The position numbers and the translations under genes were made by a program. The notes beneath the pieces were generated by a model that searched no databases, was not told the DNA's origin, and was given only the letters and a program-made list of their open reading frames with translations. From Ruditapes philippinarum (taxonomy: Eukaryota), in NCBI RefSeq assembly GCF_026571515.1, contig NW_026866246.1, positions 124,001 to 188,000 of the forward strand: 64,000 bases of DNA, written 5' to 3'. Below are positions 1 to 13,959 of this stretch, piece after piece; the first letter of the stretch is position 1, and each line of letters begins with the position of its first letter.

Positions 1-792
1 ACTCACCCTGGTGTCCGCGTCCAGATTTCAGATAAAAGTTTTGGTGCAGTAAAGTATTTTTCACACACTGTACTTTTTCATTTCTTAAGGTATCAACTTC
101 AAACTTCAAAACTATGTTCATGTTATGTGTCAAGGTTCATAACTTCATAGCACCAATATTTTCAGATTTATCTCCCTTTGAAATTAGAAATTTCCTTAAA
201 AAAATATTTTTTACCGTTACTTCTTTATTTTTTAAGGGATCACTTCATACTTCAAATATATGTTCCTTATCATTAACCACATGTTATGTGACAAAGTTCA
301 TAAGTCTAGTACCAATGTTGCTAGAATTATCTACCCATAAACTTGGATTATTTTACTTGAAAAATGTTATTTTTAACTATAACTTCTTTAGTTTTAAAGG
401 TATCTACCTCAAACTTCAAATATTTACTCCTTATCATCAATTACATATTATTTGACAAGGTTCATAACTCTTGAAGCACTATTTTCAGATTAATCTCCCT
501 TTGAACTTGGGATTTTCTTTAAGAAATATTATAACTTCTTTACTTTTTAAGGTATCTACTTGAAACTTAAAACATTGCACACATGTTGTGTGACAAGGAT
601 CATAACTCTAGCTTGACTATTTCAAGAATTATTCCCCCTTGAACTTGGAATTTATGTTAACAAATGTTATTTTTTTACTATAACTTAATACATAATTATA
701 AATAATTGATTTTTCTTTCATAGCTTTGTCTTCCTTACTGCGTCCAGTATTTTATTAGTCCAGCTTTGCTGTCTGCTGTGACAGCTCTTGTG
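1..792 (+). mobile_element. Partial Helentron/HINE-like non-autonomous element with internal ~160-bp tandem repeats (left end outside window)
   Basis: GTCC-type motif at start, then about 4 diverged units (aaggtatc.acttcaaactt...caaggttcataactc...ttatctcccttgaactt). Ends in a short hairpin followed by ctcttg (gctgtctgctgtgacagctcttg), the same layout as the HINE-like elements later in the window. Confidence 0.6.
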
Positions 793-1031
793 TACTGTAT
801 TGTACTGGTATTACTTTTTATGACACTATACTGTTAAATTATGTTTCATGTCAACATTTATCAATTTAACACACTTGATATAAAAAATAAATTTCTTTAC
901 AAGGCTATGGTCATTCATGTTAATTCCCTTGCCTATGAATAATGTTGACCTCCAAGGAAGATGAAATCTCACCTAGCTAAGCTACAAATTTACTTCTTTA
1001 TTAAATACAGAATAAAATTTGTTCGTTTCAG

Positions 1032-2911
1032 GGGATGCATTAAATATAAGTGTTGTACAAACCTGGGAATTTACATCTGCATACCCCCTACGAAGTGCCG
1101 TGCTACCTCAGATTTTGTTCCATCCAATGTTCAAGCTTCTAAAGTATGCTGATGAAAGATCAAGCTTCTCCATGACAGGATGTCATCTTGTAACAAGCTA
1201 CCGTCTGCTTATGGCAGTTTTGAGCCTATGGATTGATATCTGCGTATATAAGATTTGCAAGGTCATTGGACTTCAAGGTCATTCTGCCAACGTGTTATTA
1301 GCAAGCTCTTATGTGACCTTGACCTATCAAACACACACGTTTTCAAATTCATTTGAAACTTTGTTATTTGTTACCCTGATCTTGCTGATTCTTATATGTA
1401 TGAGAAAAGACAAAATTAACTCATTCTCAAGAGCAAGTTTCCATTTAGATAACATCACTGATAAAACAGTAGCTGAGGGATACTTTGAGGATGCAAGTTC
1501 AGACACTGAAGATTTAAATTCTTCTTTAAATGATTTACATAAAAATGCCTTTAATTTAAGGAACAGAAATAAGATAGTTGATAATGAAGTAGAATTAAAG
1601 AGAGAAGGAATATTTAACAAACCAGAAATGAGGTTTCAATTTGAAAACTATTCAGAAAAAGTGGAAAAACACAATGAAAGACATGTAAAGGACTTGAAAA
1701 AAGGTGTTCAAACTAGTAATGTGTACATTTATATAAGTGTTATGGCACTAGTTGTTACTGTAGGCATATTTAATCGTCCAACATTTGTAATTTTTGCTTT
1801 TCTTCCACTTTTTTGGTGGGCAAAAAAGCATCCAACAGGTGAAATATATGTTTTTAAAAGGGCAGCAGTTTTTATATGTACAGGCATTTTGTTATCTTTT
1901 GTATTTGTTATAATGGATACAGCATATTTTACTGGCTTTGATATTACATCATTACTTAGTGTAGACGGCTGGCAGAATATGTTGAAAAAGTGTGTCAAAA
2001 CTCCTCTAAATTTTGTGCTGTACAACAGCATGTCTGTAAATCTAGCAGAACATGGATACCATCCATTTTATCTACATTCAATGGTAAACATGCCTCTACT
2101 TTTTGGCCCAATGTTTTTTTACTTAACTCGACATTTAATTAATAATGCGCTTATTCTCTTGAAAATAACAAAATCAGATGAAGGGACTATGCAAGTCAGT
2201 AAGACACAGCCTCGTCAACGAGAAGATAAATGCCAAAATAAACTGAAAAGTGATTTTGAGAGAATGTTAGGGATATTCATTCTATTCCCTATTATGGTAT
2301 TGTCATTTTTTCCTCATCAAGAAGCCAGGTTTCTTATTCCTCTGCTACCACTTGTTGTGATTAGTGTTGCTATTTTTAGTACCAAACTTAGTAAATTATT
2401 CTGGTTAACTTTTGTAGTTTTTAACCTTGTATTGAGTGTGGTATTTGGCACACTGCACCAGGGTGGTGTTATTCCTAGCCTTATGAAACTGCAAACAATG
2501 ATACAAAAAGAATTTCAGGAAAATGACAGTACCTCAATCACATTAATATACTCTCATACCTATATGCCACCAAAACATGTGTTATTAAATCATATGTCAA
2601 ATCTTGAATTGATAGATTTAAAGGGAAGTAATTTTCAATCTGTGATAGATGAAATAGAAAAAAAGAAAATCTCCAAATTAAAAGTTACAAACTCTGATGT
2701 AATTAAAAGTGTGGAAAAAAAGATTTTTGTATGTATACCAGGTTCCCTTGTAGAAGAATTTAAACTAAAATGCAATGGATTGTATAGCATAAAATCAGAA
2801 GAATTATTTTTTCCCCATTTATCATTTGAAGATCCACCAAATGTAACTTTAACTGGAACATTTGAAAGTTTATATGATATGATGTCACTTCATTTGATAG
2901 AAATTGACTAA
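1032..2911 (+). CDS. PIGZ: GPI mannosyltransferase 4 (PIGZ/SMP3 family, GT22), large terminal coding exon; 5' exon(s) upstream of window
   Basis: tttcAG acceptor at 1030-1031, phase 1. Family motifs: (T)WEF..xxxRS, TFSNSFET, GIFNRPTF, PLNFVLYN..NLAEHGYHP..LH..VNMPLLFGP, LSFFPHQEARFLIP, FGTLHQGGVIP, HTYMPP, FPHLSFED. Multiple TM segments; TAA at 2909-2911. The ORF-track start at 1019 is intronic. Confidence 0.93.
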
Positions 2912-3028
2912 TCAGTTTCCATTTAATATACATTGTATTATAACTTGTATGTGTTGTAATTTTTGTTACCTATGCAAGATACTTTTGTTGTCACTTTTTC
3001 TGGATACAATACATTTGTCTCTAAATGT

Positions 3029-3034
3029 AATAAA
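3029..3034 (+). promoter_or_regulatory. Candidate polyadenylation signal (AATAAA) for PIGZ
   Basis: AATAAA about 118 nt after the stop codon; another candidate at 3991-3996. Confidence 0.4.
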
Positions 3035-3084
3035 TAATTTTAAAACACCTGTAATACTTTGGATAGAAAATGATCATTTGTAAT

Positions 3085-3408
3085 TACACCTTGTATTTGA
3101 ATGTGTCAAAAATTATAGGCAACTCCCATAATTTAAAGGCCCCTCTACCTTGTCCTATTTATTTTTAAAAAGAAGATATCAGACCAGGGAATAATAATTA
3201 TGCATGACTAAGATTTATAAGACCTATTATTTGTAGTTGCACCTTGTATTTGCATGTGTCAAAAATTATAGGCAAATCCCAGAATTAGAAGGCCCTAATT
3301 CCAAAAATTTGAAGGCCCCTATACCTTGTCCTATTTGTTTTTTAAAGTAAACATCAGACCAGAAAATAATAATTTTGCCTGACTAAGATTTATAAGACCT
3401 ATTATTGA
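3085..3408. repeat. Two-copy tandem duplication (~155-170 bp unit)
   Basis: caccttgtatttg.atgtgtcaaaaattataggcaa...gactaagatttataagacctattatt occurs twice head-to-tail; the second copy has a small internal duplication. Confidence 0.85.
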
Positions 3409-5404
3409 TTTTAAACAAAGATTCAACTGGGTATGCCAGTACAGTATAATCTGTATTCGATAACTATGTGACATGTTGAAATGAATGAAATTTCATATCT
3501 GCAATTTTGCTTTTGTAAATGATAGTTGAAATTGTTGTTCCAAGTCATAATCGTTTGATCTTGGTTCATTTTTATATGCCTGAAAGAATATTAGACATGT
3601 ACTAGTAATGTGACTGGTAGTCTATTATCAATTATGTGTCTGCTTTGTAGCTTTTGAACTGATTTAAATAAATGGATACTTTTCAGCAGAAATTATAACC
3701 ATAATGAGATGATGTTCAGAGCACAGATCTAGTATTCCTAGAGTCTCCGTCAATGTGAAGGTCACACAAAGTTGTTATGTATGAATTTTAAAATTATTTT
3801 GCGTCCGCGTTCTTTCTTTTACAAAGATTGATAACTAGTGTATTTGCTGATTTCATTATTTAGCATGTTTCTTTCTCATGAAATATGAAAGATTCCATTA
3901 TGTTTTGTTGGAGATAAGGTCTGAGAATGAACACTTTTCATTATTTGAACTATTTGAAGGACTTACAATTTGTTTTCATTTGTTATTGAAAATAAAGTAT
4001 CAATAGATGTGTGTACTTGACTTACTTACATAATGAATGTGTATGATTCAAGTACAGATGGTACATGTAGATTAAAAGATTTAACCATAAGTGCCATTTA
4101 GTGAACCATTGCTCTCACATTTCATACATTCTAATTTTAGTATTACCCAACTAGTATAGTAGTGACATCATGTATTATAAAATACAAGTATTATGGAAGT
4201 TTTATAGCTCTATATTTTAAATAGTTTTTGTTTTCTTCTTTGGTATTTGATGTGCTATTACACAGGCACGGCAATGTGTTATTAAAATTTTTATTTATTA
4301 TACCAAAACATTACATACGACGCTATTTAAGAGCCAAGTGTTTCACGTGATGGTAAAGTTGTCACTCAATCAACATCAACAAGAAATAGGCTGAAATATT
4401 TTTGATTTTATAAAACACAACATTGGGTAACATATGTATTTTTTGTACTTTATTTCAATTTATTTGTGACTTAATTCATTATTATTGCCAATATAGTTCA
4501 TTTGAAACACATATCATTTGATGAGCCTTCTAGTAGAGTGGTGACATCATTTCCTGCAAAAGATAATGAAAGTTCATAATAAGGTGCTGGTGTCAAAAAA
4601 TGATTTGAAAATTTTTTTATGATTCTTCCAACAATCTATCATAACAGTTTGTGCAAGATTTTGCAACAAAAATATGTTGATATTTTTCAATGCAATTACT
4701 TAGATAGATCTTAACAGTTAACCCCATTCATGTAACTTCTCAGACAACATGAAACTAAGAGCTGAGATAACAAGAGCAATAAGAATTTGAATAACATTCT
4801 TGATGTAATTTTTATGTCAATTGTCCACCATCTCACGCGCATTTACAATTTTTTATTGAGTATCCCAAAACTAATGTCCGATAATCGTTGTTCCCCATTG
4901 TCCAATGTCAATATAATAAGTTACAACTTAAGCCAACGTCGTGAATGACATCGCCAGTTACAAACGCATTCATGTTTAAAATAAGGTTTTTTTTGGCAAT
5001 ATTGACCAGAGACTCATTAATTTTCGGGAGTTTTTGGTTACTTATTATGATTTACGCATAAGATTTCAATGATAGTATACATCCCGATATTACAGCTTTA
5101 GAAGTAGTCATTTTTCCATAAATTTGCATATATAAATGTGTTTTTTAGCACAACTTCATTATTTCAACATTCCGGTACGGGTTACGGGATATATACGATA
5201 ATTATATTTTAATGAAGTTTATTATTTGAAGAGATTTTATTGACCTGTCAAGTTTGAATATATTAAAGCATTATTAAAATATTATTTAAATATTCGATCC
5301 TACTTCGGTTTTGTCCTGTAGTTTATGAGAATTAATATGAAGTATGTAACTATACTGTTTTGAAGTCACGCCAGCTTAACTTATAGGTCTCCGGCACATA
5401 CGCA

Positions 5405-5462
5405 ATAGCATAGTCGGTTAAGTGATTGCCTAACATATAAGAGGTCTGTGGTGCGATCCCTA
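5405..5462 (+). mobile_element. Degenerate tRNA-like/SINE head embedded in a larger repeat
   Basis: A-box-like TAGCATAGTCGG and B-box-like GGTGCGATCCC with tRNA spacing; no acceptor stem. Confidence 0.4.
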
Positions 5463-6010
5463 TTGTTTCCATTGTTTTAGACCGGCTATTTATTTTTGAA
5501 GTATATTTATATGGAAATAGACGAATGTTTGCAAAATTGTGTTCACGGATATGAAGCAACTTAGAAACACTGTTTTGCCTCGATTTGTATTATGTTTTAC
5601 GGCACTAAAATGGCATCCGAATGAATTTGAGATATTAATATAAAACAATGGTATTTTAAAAGAGTAAAACTCTACTAAAAAGAGTAAAACAAACATTTAT
5701 TAAAACAAAACGAACAACATAAAAACAATCATATAGCTTCAATAATGTTGAAAATGTTAATAACATACGCGGTCTCGATCTTACAACATGTACAACAGTT
5801 AGAGTATAATTAGTTAGGTCGATATGTTTTTTACTATACCGCTTTTGACAAAAGAGACGGTAGGTTATTTCATTTCCATAATATAACTGTCCAATGTCAT
5901 AGCACTTATACGTGGAAAGCATGGCGCAAGCAATCATGGTTTCTGCATACAAAATTAAGATAAACAACGTGCATTCACATCTGCAGACGCTCTCAAACGG
6001 AGCTCGGGCT

Positions 6011-9000
6011 TTAAATACGTCCACGTGCTTCTGCAGATATATATGCACGAAAAGTAAGGGGACATAAACCCTAAAACAATGTATCAATAGATTTACTGAA
6101 TTACTCCCGAAGAAAATCTAATTATGTAAAACTATAAGTTTACAAATTGTATAAATCACAAATATTCAGTTCTCAAGTAAGATTGAAATCCTACAACTTA
6201 CCGTCAATTTATTTCTGGCCTGAGGTCCTATGGGTGGAGTTAATGGATCAATGGCCACGGAGAAGACGATCCAGTAAGTTAATAGTACCTCCTTTTTCTT
6301 TGATCCGCATGATAGAGTGGTATCGCCATAGTAAGGTGAAGCTGTGCATTGGAACAAATCAGATAAGGCCCTAAAATAGTATAATAAAACAATTTAACTC
6401 GTGCTATGGTAAATAATTTGTCTTATTACAAAATATTTAATGTAGTTGCAAAGATAAATACCTTTTGTATTGTTCTCGAGCCATTGATAGAGTTTGAGCA
6501 TAAATTTTCTTTATCTCGGACATCATGCCGTGTGTTTTACGAAAACAATCGTGTATAGACTTTAACACCTCATTCTCGTAAGACTGAAAACATGTCATGT
6601 TTAACATGTAATCTTCGTTCAAAACTGAAAATATATAATGTATTTAAGTTACAAGTAAATAATGTTAACATTTAAATGAAGAGCAAAAACAAGTTCTAAA
6701 AATGTGAGTTTCAAATTATGAATATATTTGGAATACAAAAAGTCGTGGTTGTCGGTGACTGTAATTGAAATAAAATGTTAAATAAAAATCACAATGCATA
6801 TGTATATGGTTCATATACTGTCCAAAAAGAGCCTTCCTATAAGAAGGGTTGTTATATTGTGAATGTAGAAAAAGTATATATGTGCTCCATTTACAAGTGC
6901 ATACGTACCACCACGGATCCAAGAGGATGGTTGATTATTTTCACAAAGAAAAGAAACCTTTTCTCTTACAACATCATTGATTGTTTCTGTAAGCTCTGGA
7001 CAGACTGATACAATATCTCTTGTACATCTTGTATAAGCCTCGTTAATTTGCTCGTCACTGAAAGATTAGGATCAAAGCACTAAAAGTACCGAAAATCAGA
7101 GAGAATTAGTCGGAGTAAAAATATTTAGGTGTTTGTAAGGCAGTGGCCAGTTGCAAAAAGTAAAATAAAACTGTATTTGGAAAGTTTATTTGAGGCGAGG
7201 TGATCAAGGTGAGGCACATTCCAAAAAGATTTGTCTTAAACATTTCATACTCGGAAGAACTGTCTTCACAAGAAATCGCAAACATTTGGCTTGTTGTAAA
7301 CATATTTATAAAGAGTACTTTTCATTTACTTTTAATTGCATAAATAATATTTTGTTTTGCCTAAGTTTGATAGATAACAATAAGATTTGAAAAACAATTC
7401 GATTGAGTTTCAACGGTCAATGTTATATTTAAAACTTTGATTTTGACCTTAACCCTATTGGACACAAAAGTAGTCCCAAGCTGAATAGCCAAATTTCCAT
7501 ATAAGCTTGCTATATACCAAGTTTGATCTACCGCTCTCCAGCCTGTCCACATTTGCCAACCTATTATGAAGGACTTTTGAAATTGAAATCCTGGTTAACC
7601 TGATCATAATATAGATGCTTTCATAAAATACATGCATATCAAGAATGGTGAATACGAATAATCGGATAGAAAAAATCCGCATTTGGTTAGTGACAAATAT
7701 GGTAACATACATGTATTTTTTATAATTACATGTAACAACACAGTGAGCTGCTCAATTACAATTGCAGGATTTGTCCATTTAAACTTGTACACACGAATGA
7801 ACTATCTAATTTAATTGTTTTATTCAATGTTGCTAAAAAGTGTATATCTTTTACTTATCGGTAGCTTTTTTTAAAGCGTTTTATGTTATTTCGGTCTGCC
7901 CAAATTAAGCTACAAAATTTTGATATGCTAACAAAATAATAAGTATATGCTGAGATTCCATAATATCATGCAAAACTCAAATGTTATTTTCTTCTGTTGC
8001 TTTCATTTTCAGTAATCATTGTTTTAAGTTGATTACTGACTTTTTTCTGTTTGTTTTGTTTGTTTTTATTTATTTATTTATTCTTAAAAGAAAGTTTTGA
8101 TCAATTTAATGTGTCATCTTCAAAATACACGCTATCTGCCACAATGCACTTTTGCAGTCTTTCAACCCATATTTCATACTCATCATCTGAATTCTGATAT
8201 ATTGCTGAGCCAACGGCCTTCCTGGAATGGTACATTTTTCCAGACAGGTAGTATTCTAGATTTGGGGAAAAGAAAATGTCAGAGGGAGAAAGATGATGTG
8301 GGATGTTGGTTTCATTCTCCTACGCCAAAACCCAATAACACTGTACGACTTATGGGCGGATGCGTTAACATATAAGAAACGGGTGTACTTGAGTCCTGTC
8401 TTGGGACGATAAAGTTTGTAGCAGTAATTTTATTCGCAAAGAACATCATTTCTTTAGAAAGTACTTTCGGTCATTTTTTTCCTTTATGTAGCAGATTTTT
8501 CAGAACCATTATTTCACTTTGCAATGTACTGGCGTTTGCATTTGTGGTTCCAAAAATTAACACTTTCGTTTGAGTTCAAATATGTAAACGCAAGTCGCAT
8601 TACCAGAAATCACATTGTCAAAAGCTTTCTTGTTATATTTTTGACACATCTTCCGGTTGTGCTAATGACAAGTTTGTCATACGTGTTATCTGCCTCATTG
8701 AAAATCGAGCATCCTTTTAAAAATATTGCGATTTTGTCTGTGTTACGGTAAACATTATTCAAGTAAGAACTACTGGAACCACTCAACAATTAAAAAAAGC
8801 CAAATAGAAGTAACTAAAATTAGCACAAACACAACAATAATATCGTGTTGAAGAATAATATTACACTTAAAACATGTCATGTCGTATCCCCACCACATCC
8901 CCCATAAAAAAAGAAGAGGTAAAATTTCGGGGAAAATCTATGGAATGAAACAGGCAAACAGTGCTGGACGCAAATATGTGATTTAAAATACATTCTAGGT

Positions 9001-9416
9001 AATACTGATTCTTTAGTTTGTAATATTACGAGTTTGTATATTTGAACAAAGATCATCAAGGAAGACCGAAGTTTACAGAACGCAGCATACACTCACATAG
9101 GACCATCGGAAAGGAACTAAGAAAGTATTGATTTCAGATTTCTTTACCTGCATAATGACGTAATTTGTGCCAGGAAAGCTCCTCTTGTTACTATATTCAA
9201 CTCGTCTATTCTTGTCATCAAGATGGAGTAACCAGTAGTATTTCTTGACCTAAAACATTCGGAGAATCGTTGTACGATGTTTTCGTATCTATCACAGTTG
9301 AACATCTCTTCTTCTGATTCGTCCTCTGATACTGCTGAATCAGCTCCACAGCTCACGATCACCGCTAGCAACAACACTATATTGAAATAGAAACACAACA
9401 TTTGCATCAACATCAT
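6011..9416 (-). CDS. Uncharacterised secreted cysteine-patterned glycoprotein, paralogue A (~269 aa, 5 coding exons)
   Basis: Exons (minus strand): 9416-9148, 7057-6909, 6624-6462, 6370-6202, 6070-6011. All introns GT-AG, phases 2,1,2,0, giving one open frame: MMLMQMLCFYFNIVLLLAVIVSCG-ADSAVSEDESEEEMFNCDRYENIVQRFSECFRSRNTTGYS...TSLCS/DEQINEAYTRCTRDIVSVCPEL...FLCENNQPSSWIRG/VLNEDYMLNMTCF...HDCF...YKR/ALSDLFQCTASPYYGDTTLSCGSKKKEVLLTYW...NKLT/GLCPLTFRAYISAEARGRI*. Signal-peptide-like N-terminus. Exons 1-4 are conserved in paralogue B with identical splice phases. Confidence 0.85.
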
Positions 9417-9699
9417 TTTCTAGAGGTTTTAAGGTACTGAATAAGTAAATTTTCAACTAAAAAACACCTCGGACGTAAGACGAAATGTGGGAGAATAATG
9501 TGTTATTAAAACTTGTACGTTTATATATTACAAGTATGTTTCTATCAAATAAGCGTGGAAAGAAAAGGTTAATATTAGATTTAAGGCTGGTAAACAAATT
9601 TCTTTGGAAAGATAAGTTTTCCTTTAAGGATTGGAAAAACGCTTAAGAATATTTGGAAGAAAAAATATTTTTATGAACATGACATCAGTACAGCTATTT

Positions 9700-10740
9700 G
9701 ACACTTGGTCATTTTGTTTTGTCTCACGGTTTTGAATAAGTACAGCTCGTTTTGTTTTTACAAATGTTTAAGTGAATTCATGTTTTGGAGAAGTTATAGT
9801 ATAAAGATAGTCATGTGTGTTGATAATTTATTTGGTACTAACAGTACATTTAATTCTGCTCTGGGTGATACCTTAATAATAAGAAATTCTTTATGTAGAA
9901 TTAAGTCGTGGATTCTAGAGTATTTACACGACATTCAGCAAGGTTTGTCTTTTATGATAAAAATCTATTTTGGTTCCATTCCTGTACAAGAAATAGAATG
10001 GACAGGCATATTTTGAAATAGTTTTGAGTTTATATCAGTATTCCTGAATGAAAAGTTGAAGACTTTTTTATCAATAATAAATTCAATACTTAAGGGCTTA
10101 GATTTCTGCACGGTGTTTTGCTAATTGCCTGGATCATCGCCCGTTTTTAGAAACAAAACAAGGCTTTTAGAAATAGAGTAGAACCTTTTTTAGTCTGTTT
10201 AAAAGTTAAATTCTTAACGTTTTTGTTTAGAAGAATCAGCATGCTTGGGTCAAATATTAGATGTGGGTTTTCTTGGACTTAGGATTCTTAGCTGTTAAAA
10301 GGTAAAATTATGAAATTGTTTCCAGAATTATGTTCATGCGTACATATTGTCTTCTACTCAACTTGATTTACATGCAGAATCAATGAGAAGTTTTTAACTT
10401 TTCTCAAAGTTTAAAATCTGCACATGATTTTCGCGATTGTCCTTTTTATAATTTTAATATATCCAACTTAAATTGTTGTAAGTGCTTGTTCAAATATGGA
10501 AAGTTATGGAAAATTAATATGTTTGTTTGAGTTAATTACCCATTTTAATTTACACTGGAATGTTTCAGATATTTTTCTGTTTATGAACTGAAACGTATGC
10601 GTGTCGGCTTACTGTGGGGATTAAAAAGAATGCTATATATTTAAGAAGTGCACATGATGTATGTTTTTCTAGAAGAATATAAAATATTTTGACAGTGGCC
10701 TATCTTTTTTCTTAGTGGAATGGTTTTGATTTAAATGCCG
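9700..10740 (+). mobile_element. Possible highly decayed DIRS/Ngaro-type RT-RNaseH remnant
   Basis: Collinear fragmentary peptides (QQGLSFMIK..GSIPVQEIEW.G; GFLGLRILS; CKCLFKYGK; a tggaatgg WNG-like segment) resemble tyrosine-recombinase retrotransposon pol motifs. Many stops and frameshifts. Confidence 0.3.
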
Positions 10741-10950
10741 TTAAATGTTTCTTTAATAATGGAACAGTATGATCTAATATTACTAAAACAATTGACGGTT
10801 TAGAAAAAAATAACCCTAGACAATTAATGACCAAGAAAAAGTTGTACATTAATTACACTAACAGATGTATGCGTTTTAATAAAAAAAAAAGAATAAAATA
10901 AACAAATCAAACAAACAAATAAACATAAAACAACAAATTCTTATACTTAC

Positions 10951-11045
10951 CGAATCTGAGATTTGAATCCTTCATTTTAGATTTTAGCAGTGGATTTCTT
11001 TTCCTAAGACCTTATCACTTGTACAAATCCTTGTGTTGAATGGCC
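10951..11045 (-). other. Candidate non-coding first (5'UTR) exon of paralogue A
   Basis: Strong donor TCG|GTAAGTAT at 10951/10950. TATA-like element ~11068-11074, about 25-30 nt upstream of an Inr-like CCATTC. A matching acceptor (ttacttattcAG, ~9447) lies just upstream of the gene A ATG. Confidence 0.45.
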
Positions 11046-13959
11046 GAGATTATTTTTCCCAAATCATTATATATTATGAAGTGTGGTAAATTATGCAAAT
11101 TGTGTGTATGTCATCGTTTAAACTACACATTTGGAACAATTTTTTTACATTAAATTAATCGGCCGGATGAAACAGAAATCTAGGAGCGTAACAGCGCTGA
11201 GAATTTTATAAAATGACAAAATACAAGTGTTATTTATGCAATAGCATGTGTCAAATTATCTATCACATTATGATAATAATGCAACATTCCCAACAAAATT
11301 CCAACAAACAATGTAGCTTGAAAAGATGACTGCGAACAATTTGGTTTAATTGGAATAAATAGCATCTAGGATGATGGCTTGTTTTTGAGACAAGATTGGA
11401 ATTTACAATACTTCATAAAAGAGACAAAAACATTTTATGACATAAGTGTTTAAATTATCCTAATTTTACTGCAGTTTAGAACAAATAACAAGAAAATAAA
11501 TGATAAAATTACGAGCAATTCTAAAATATTTTTCTACAATTAAATGCATAAGTAATGAGTTATCTACGCCGAAATTATATCTGCCAAAGCTTTACCCTAT
11601 ATTCTACCCAATCTTCTCATTTTGAACGTGTAATCCCACAAACTCACAATAGAAGTTTCAAATACAAGTTTGAAATAGAATGAGCCCATTAAACAAGTTG
11701 GTAGACAATGCTTTTGTTTGTTATTATTCTTTTTTTAAAGTTTTCCCTTTATTTTGTGTTGTCCTTTTTATTTTTACTTTTTCTCTTATTTTATTAAGCT
11801 TAGAATTATGTGATTCTAAACTAAATTAGAGAAAAACAGGAGCAATAAAGAACCCACAAGACGTCGAAATTAAATAGTTGCATGCTTGGTTTGGTTGAGC
11901 CTACTTATAGACGATAATGGTAATTGAAGCCTAAAGTACATAAAAAAATTTACGGATTGAATAGGAAGCTTTAAAACCTTCTTTTTTTTGTAAACTCTCA
12001 TTTTTTCTTGGTTGGTGGTTGGGACATTTTATTTTTATTCGGCGTTCTCGGTTTTGTTTTGATGCCTCCAAATAGCACATTACGTATATATCTCTTTTTT
12101 TCTTGGTTGAAATCAATTCTTATTTAGCTTATTGGCTTTTACGATAACTTAACATAACCTTAGCCCTGTAAACTTACAATACAACTTTGACATTTGCAAG
12201 TAAAATGGATAATATTTTGGAAAATATGTGCTGATTTTGACGTGATTATACTGTAATATGCTCTGAATTGCGACAAACTAAACGTTGTGGACGACATAAT
12301 GAGTTTTGATAAGGTAGTTTGTCGTTGTTAAACGCCAGCTTTTGCAGAAAAATGCTTTGAAGAAAACATCCGTTTTATTATCTCAATGATGCAATTTTAA
12401 TGTCTGTTATTTCAAGGTATTAACATTTATACATCAATAAATTGTCATACTTAAAGAGAGATATAATTTCTCAGGGATAACTTTTTCCGTGACGAAAGTC
12501 CAGACCATGATTTATCTTGTAACGGCTACAAATTGAATGCCACAACATACATAAAGATAGTAAATGTAAAATGAATATACATGTAATACATGAATGGCTG
12601 TGAAGGACAATAATATCAACTGGATATCGGATTATTATATTTGATTTTTTTCCCCTCTCTCTCTCTCTCTCTCTCCTTTTTTTCTCATTTTGTATTATTA
12701 TTTCCGGCGGGACAGAGTTGACACATTTCATTTGAAATATGTAAATATTCAAACTAGATAAATTATATCCTCCACCAATAATTAACTTTGTTTGTTTTAA
12801 ATTATATTTACTGACTATGTTCATGTATCATTTCATATTAAAAAGTTTATTTATTTGTAAAGACAATACCAGAGTATAAAGGTTCTCAGATAGAATAAAA
12901 TTGTGTTCATTGTTGAAAAATATGTTTCTTCATATCATTTTAAGTAGAAAAATAAAAAAAAGCCTATAGAAATAGAAATTGATGTTTTATGACAAACTTC
13001 AGGTATATGACAAGTCTACAAATTGGTATATGAAAACAGCAGTAAGTTGTTACTGAAATATATCTATGCTCATCATTGAGTATATTATTTTAATCACAAA
13101 ACTTTATTGAAATCTAGGAAATTCTTACTGATTATATCTAATTTAAATAAAATTATGAATAAACTATCTACGGGAAGCTATTAAAGGTGAAGAAAAGTTG
13201 GTATTTTCTTTAACAAAATAACTGCCAGTTTTTTAATGACACTGTACATGTATTTTCTAATATCAAATTTGAACACAGTATATCATTAAACGTAGCCGTA
13301 TTATTTCTGTACTTTCACTGGATAGAGATTGGATTGGTCGTTGGCTATACTTCCATGTAGGAATATGTAATTCAATGATGAAGACGACGCGGCGTCTAGT
13401 AGATATGCATTTGTCCAGACAGCAATGGGTACAATTGTATATTTTTTTAAACAAAATCACACTGTTTTCAAGTTTTCTAATAAAATTAGCTTTTCTGATG
13501 TACAACATGTCACAGAGCTTTAAGCGATTCGAATAGACGTTTAACTGAAGTGATAGGGCCATGATTGAATATCATATTCTTTTTATCATTATCTAATTTT
13601 ATCTACATAATAATTAGAAATTCGTTAAGGTGTAGACTAATATATTCATAATTGAATCAAACTCAACAAAATGTAAAAAATAAAAATATGAAACTATATT
13701 ATGGTTAAGTTTTACCATTTGTTGTGGTTTTTGTTGTGTCCTTCGGGATCATTAATTCCAGCACTTTTAAGGGTTGGAAGTTGAGTACCGCTCAATCCGG
13801 TGCTTGGGGCTTGAGGGATGTCGCACTTGTTCATTATCCCTCACGCACAGACTCATTCAAACCGAACTTTTCATGTAATTTTGCTGATTTTAATGCTTCC
13901 GGTGAATCACATTTTTCAAGATACTTTTATTTCTACTTTATGATATAGAGTGACTTTAA

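Noticed and set aside
114-455. 113-aa ORF
   Set aside because: Lies within tandem-repeat element sequence.
1019-1031. ORF-track start of PIGZ (TTG)
   Set aside because: Intronic; the true exon begins after the AG at 1031 and the N-terminal exon is outside the window.
1327-2031. Antisense ORFs within PIGZ (similar ones occur within the LINEs)
   Set aside because: Shadow frames of real coding sequence.
5656-6087. 143-aa minus-strand ORF as gene A last exon
   Set aside because: Wrong phase. The phase-0 junction from exon 4 gives GLCP...RI* ending at 6011; the rest is probably 3'UTR.
6260-6300. Hydrophobic VLLTYWIVFSVAI as a transmembrane or GPI-anchor signal linking these genes functionally to PIGZ
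   Set aside because: Only about 13 residues and not C-terminal; adjacency to PIGZ and TM9SF2 is not evidence of a shared pathway.
13724-13948. GC-richer segment just upstream of the first LINE (possible ribozyme, exon or 5' inversion)
   Set aside because: I could not identify hammerhead/HDV core motifs, a convincing exon, or LINE homology by eye.
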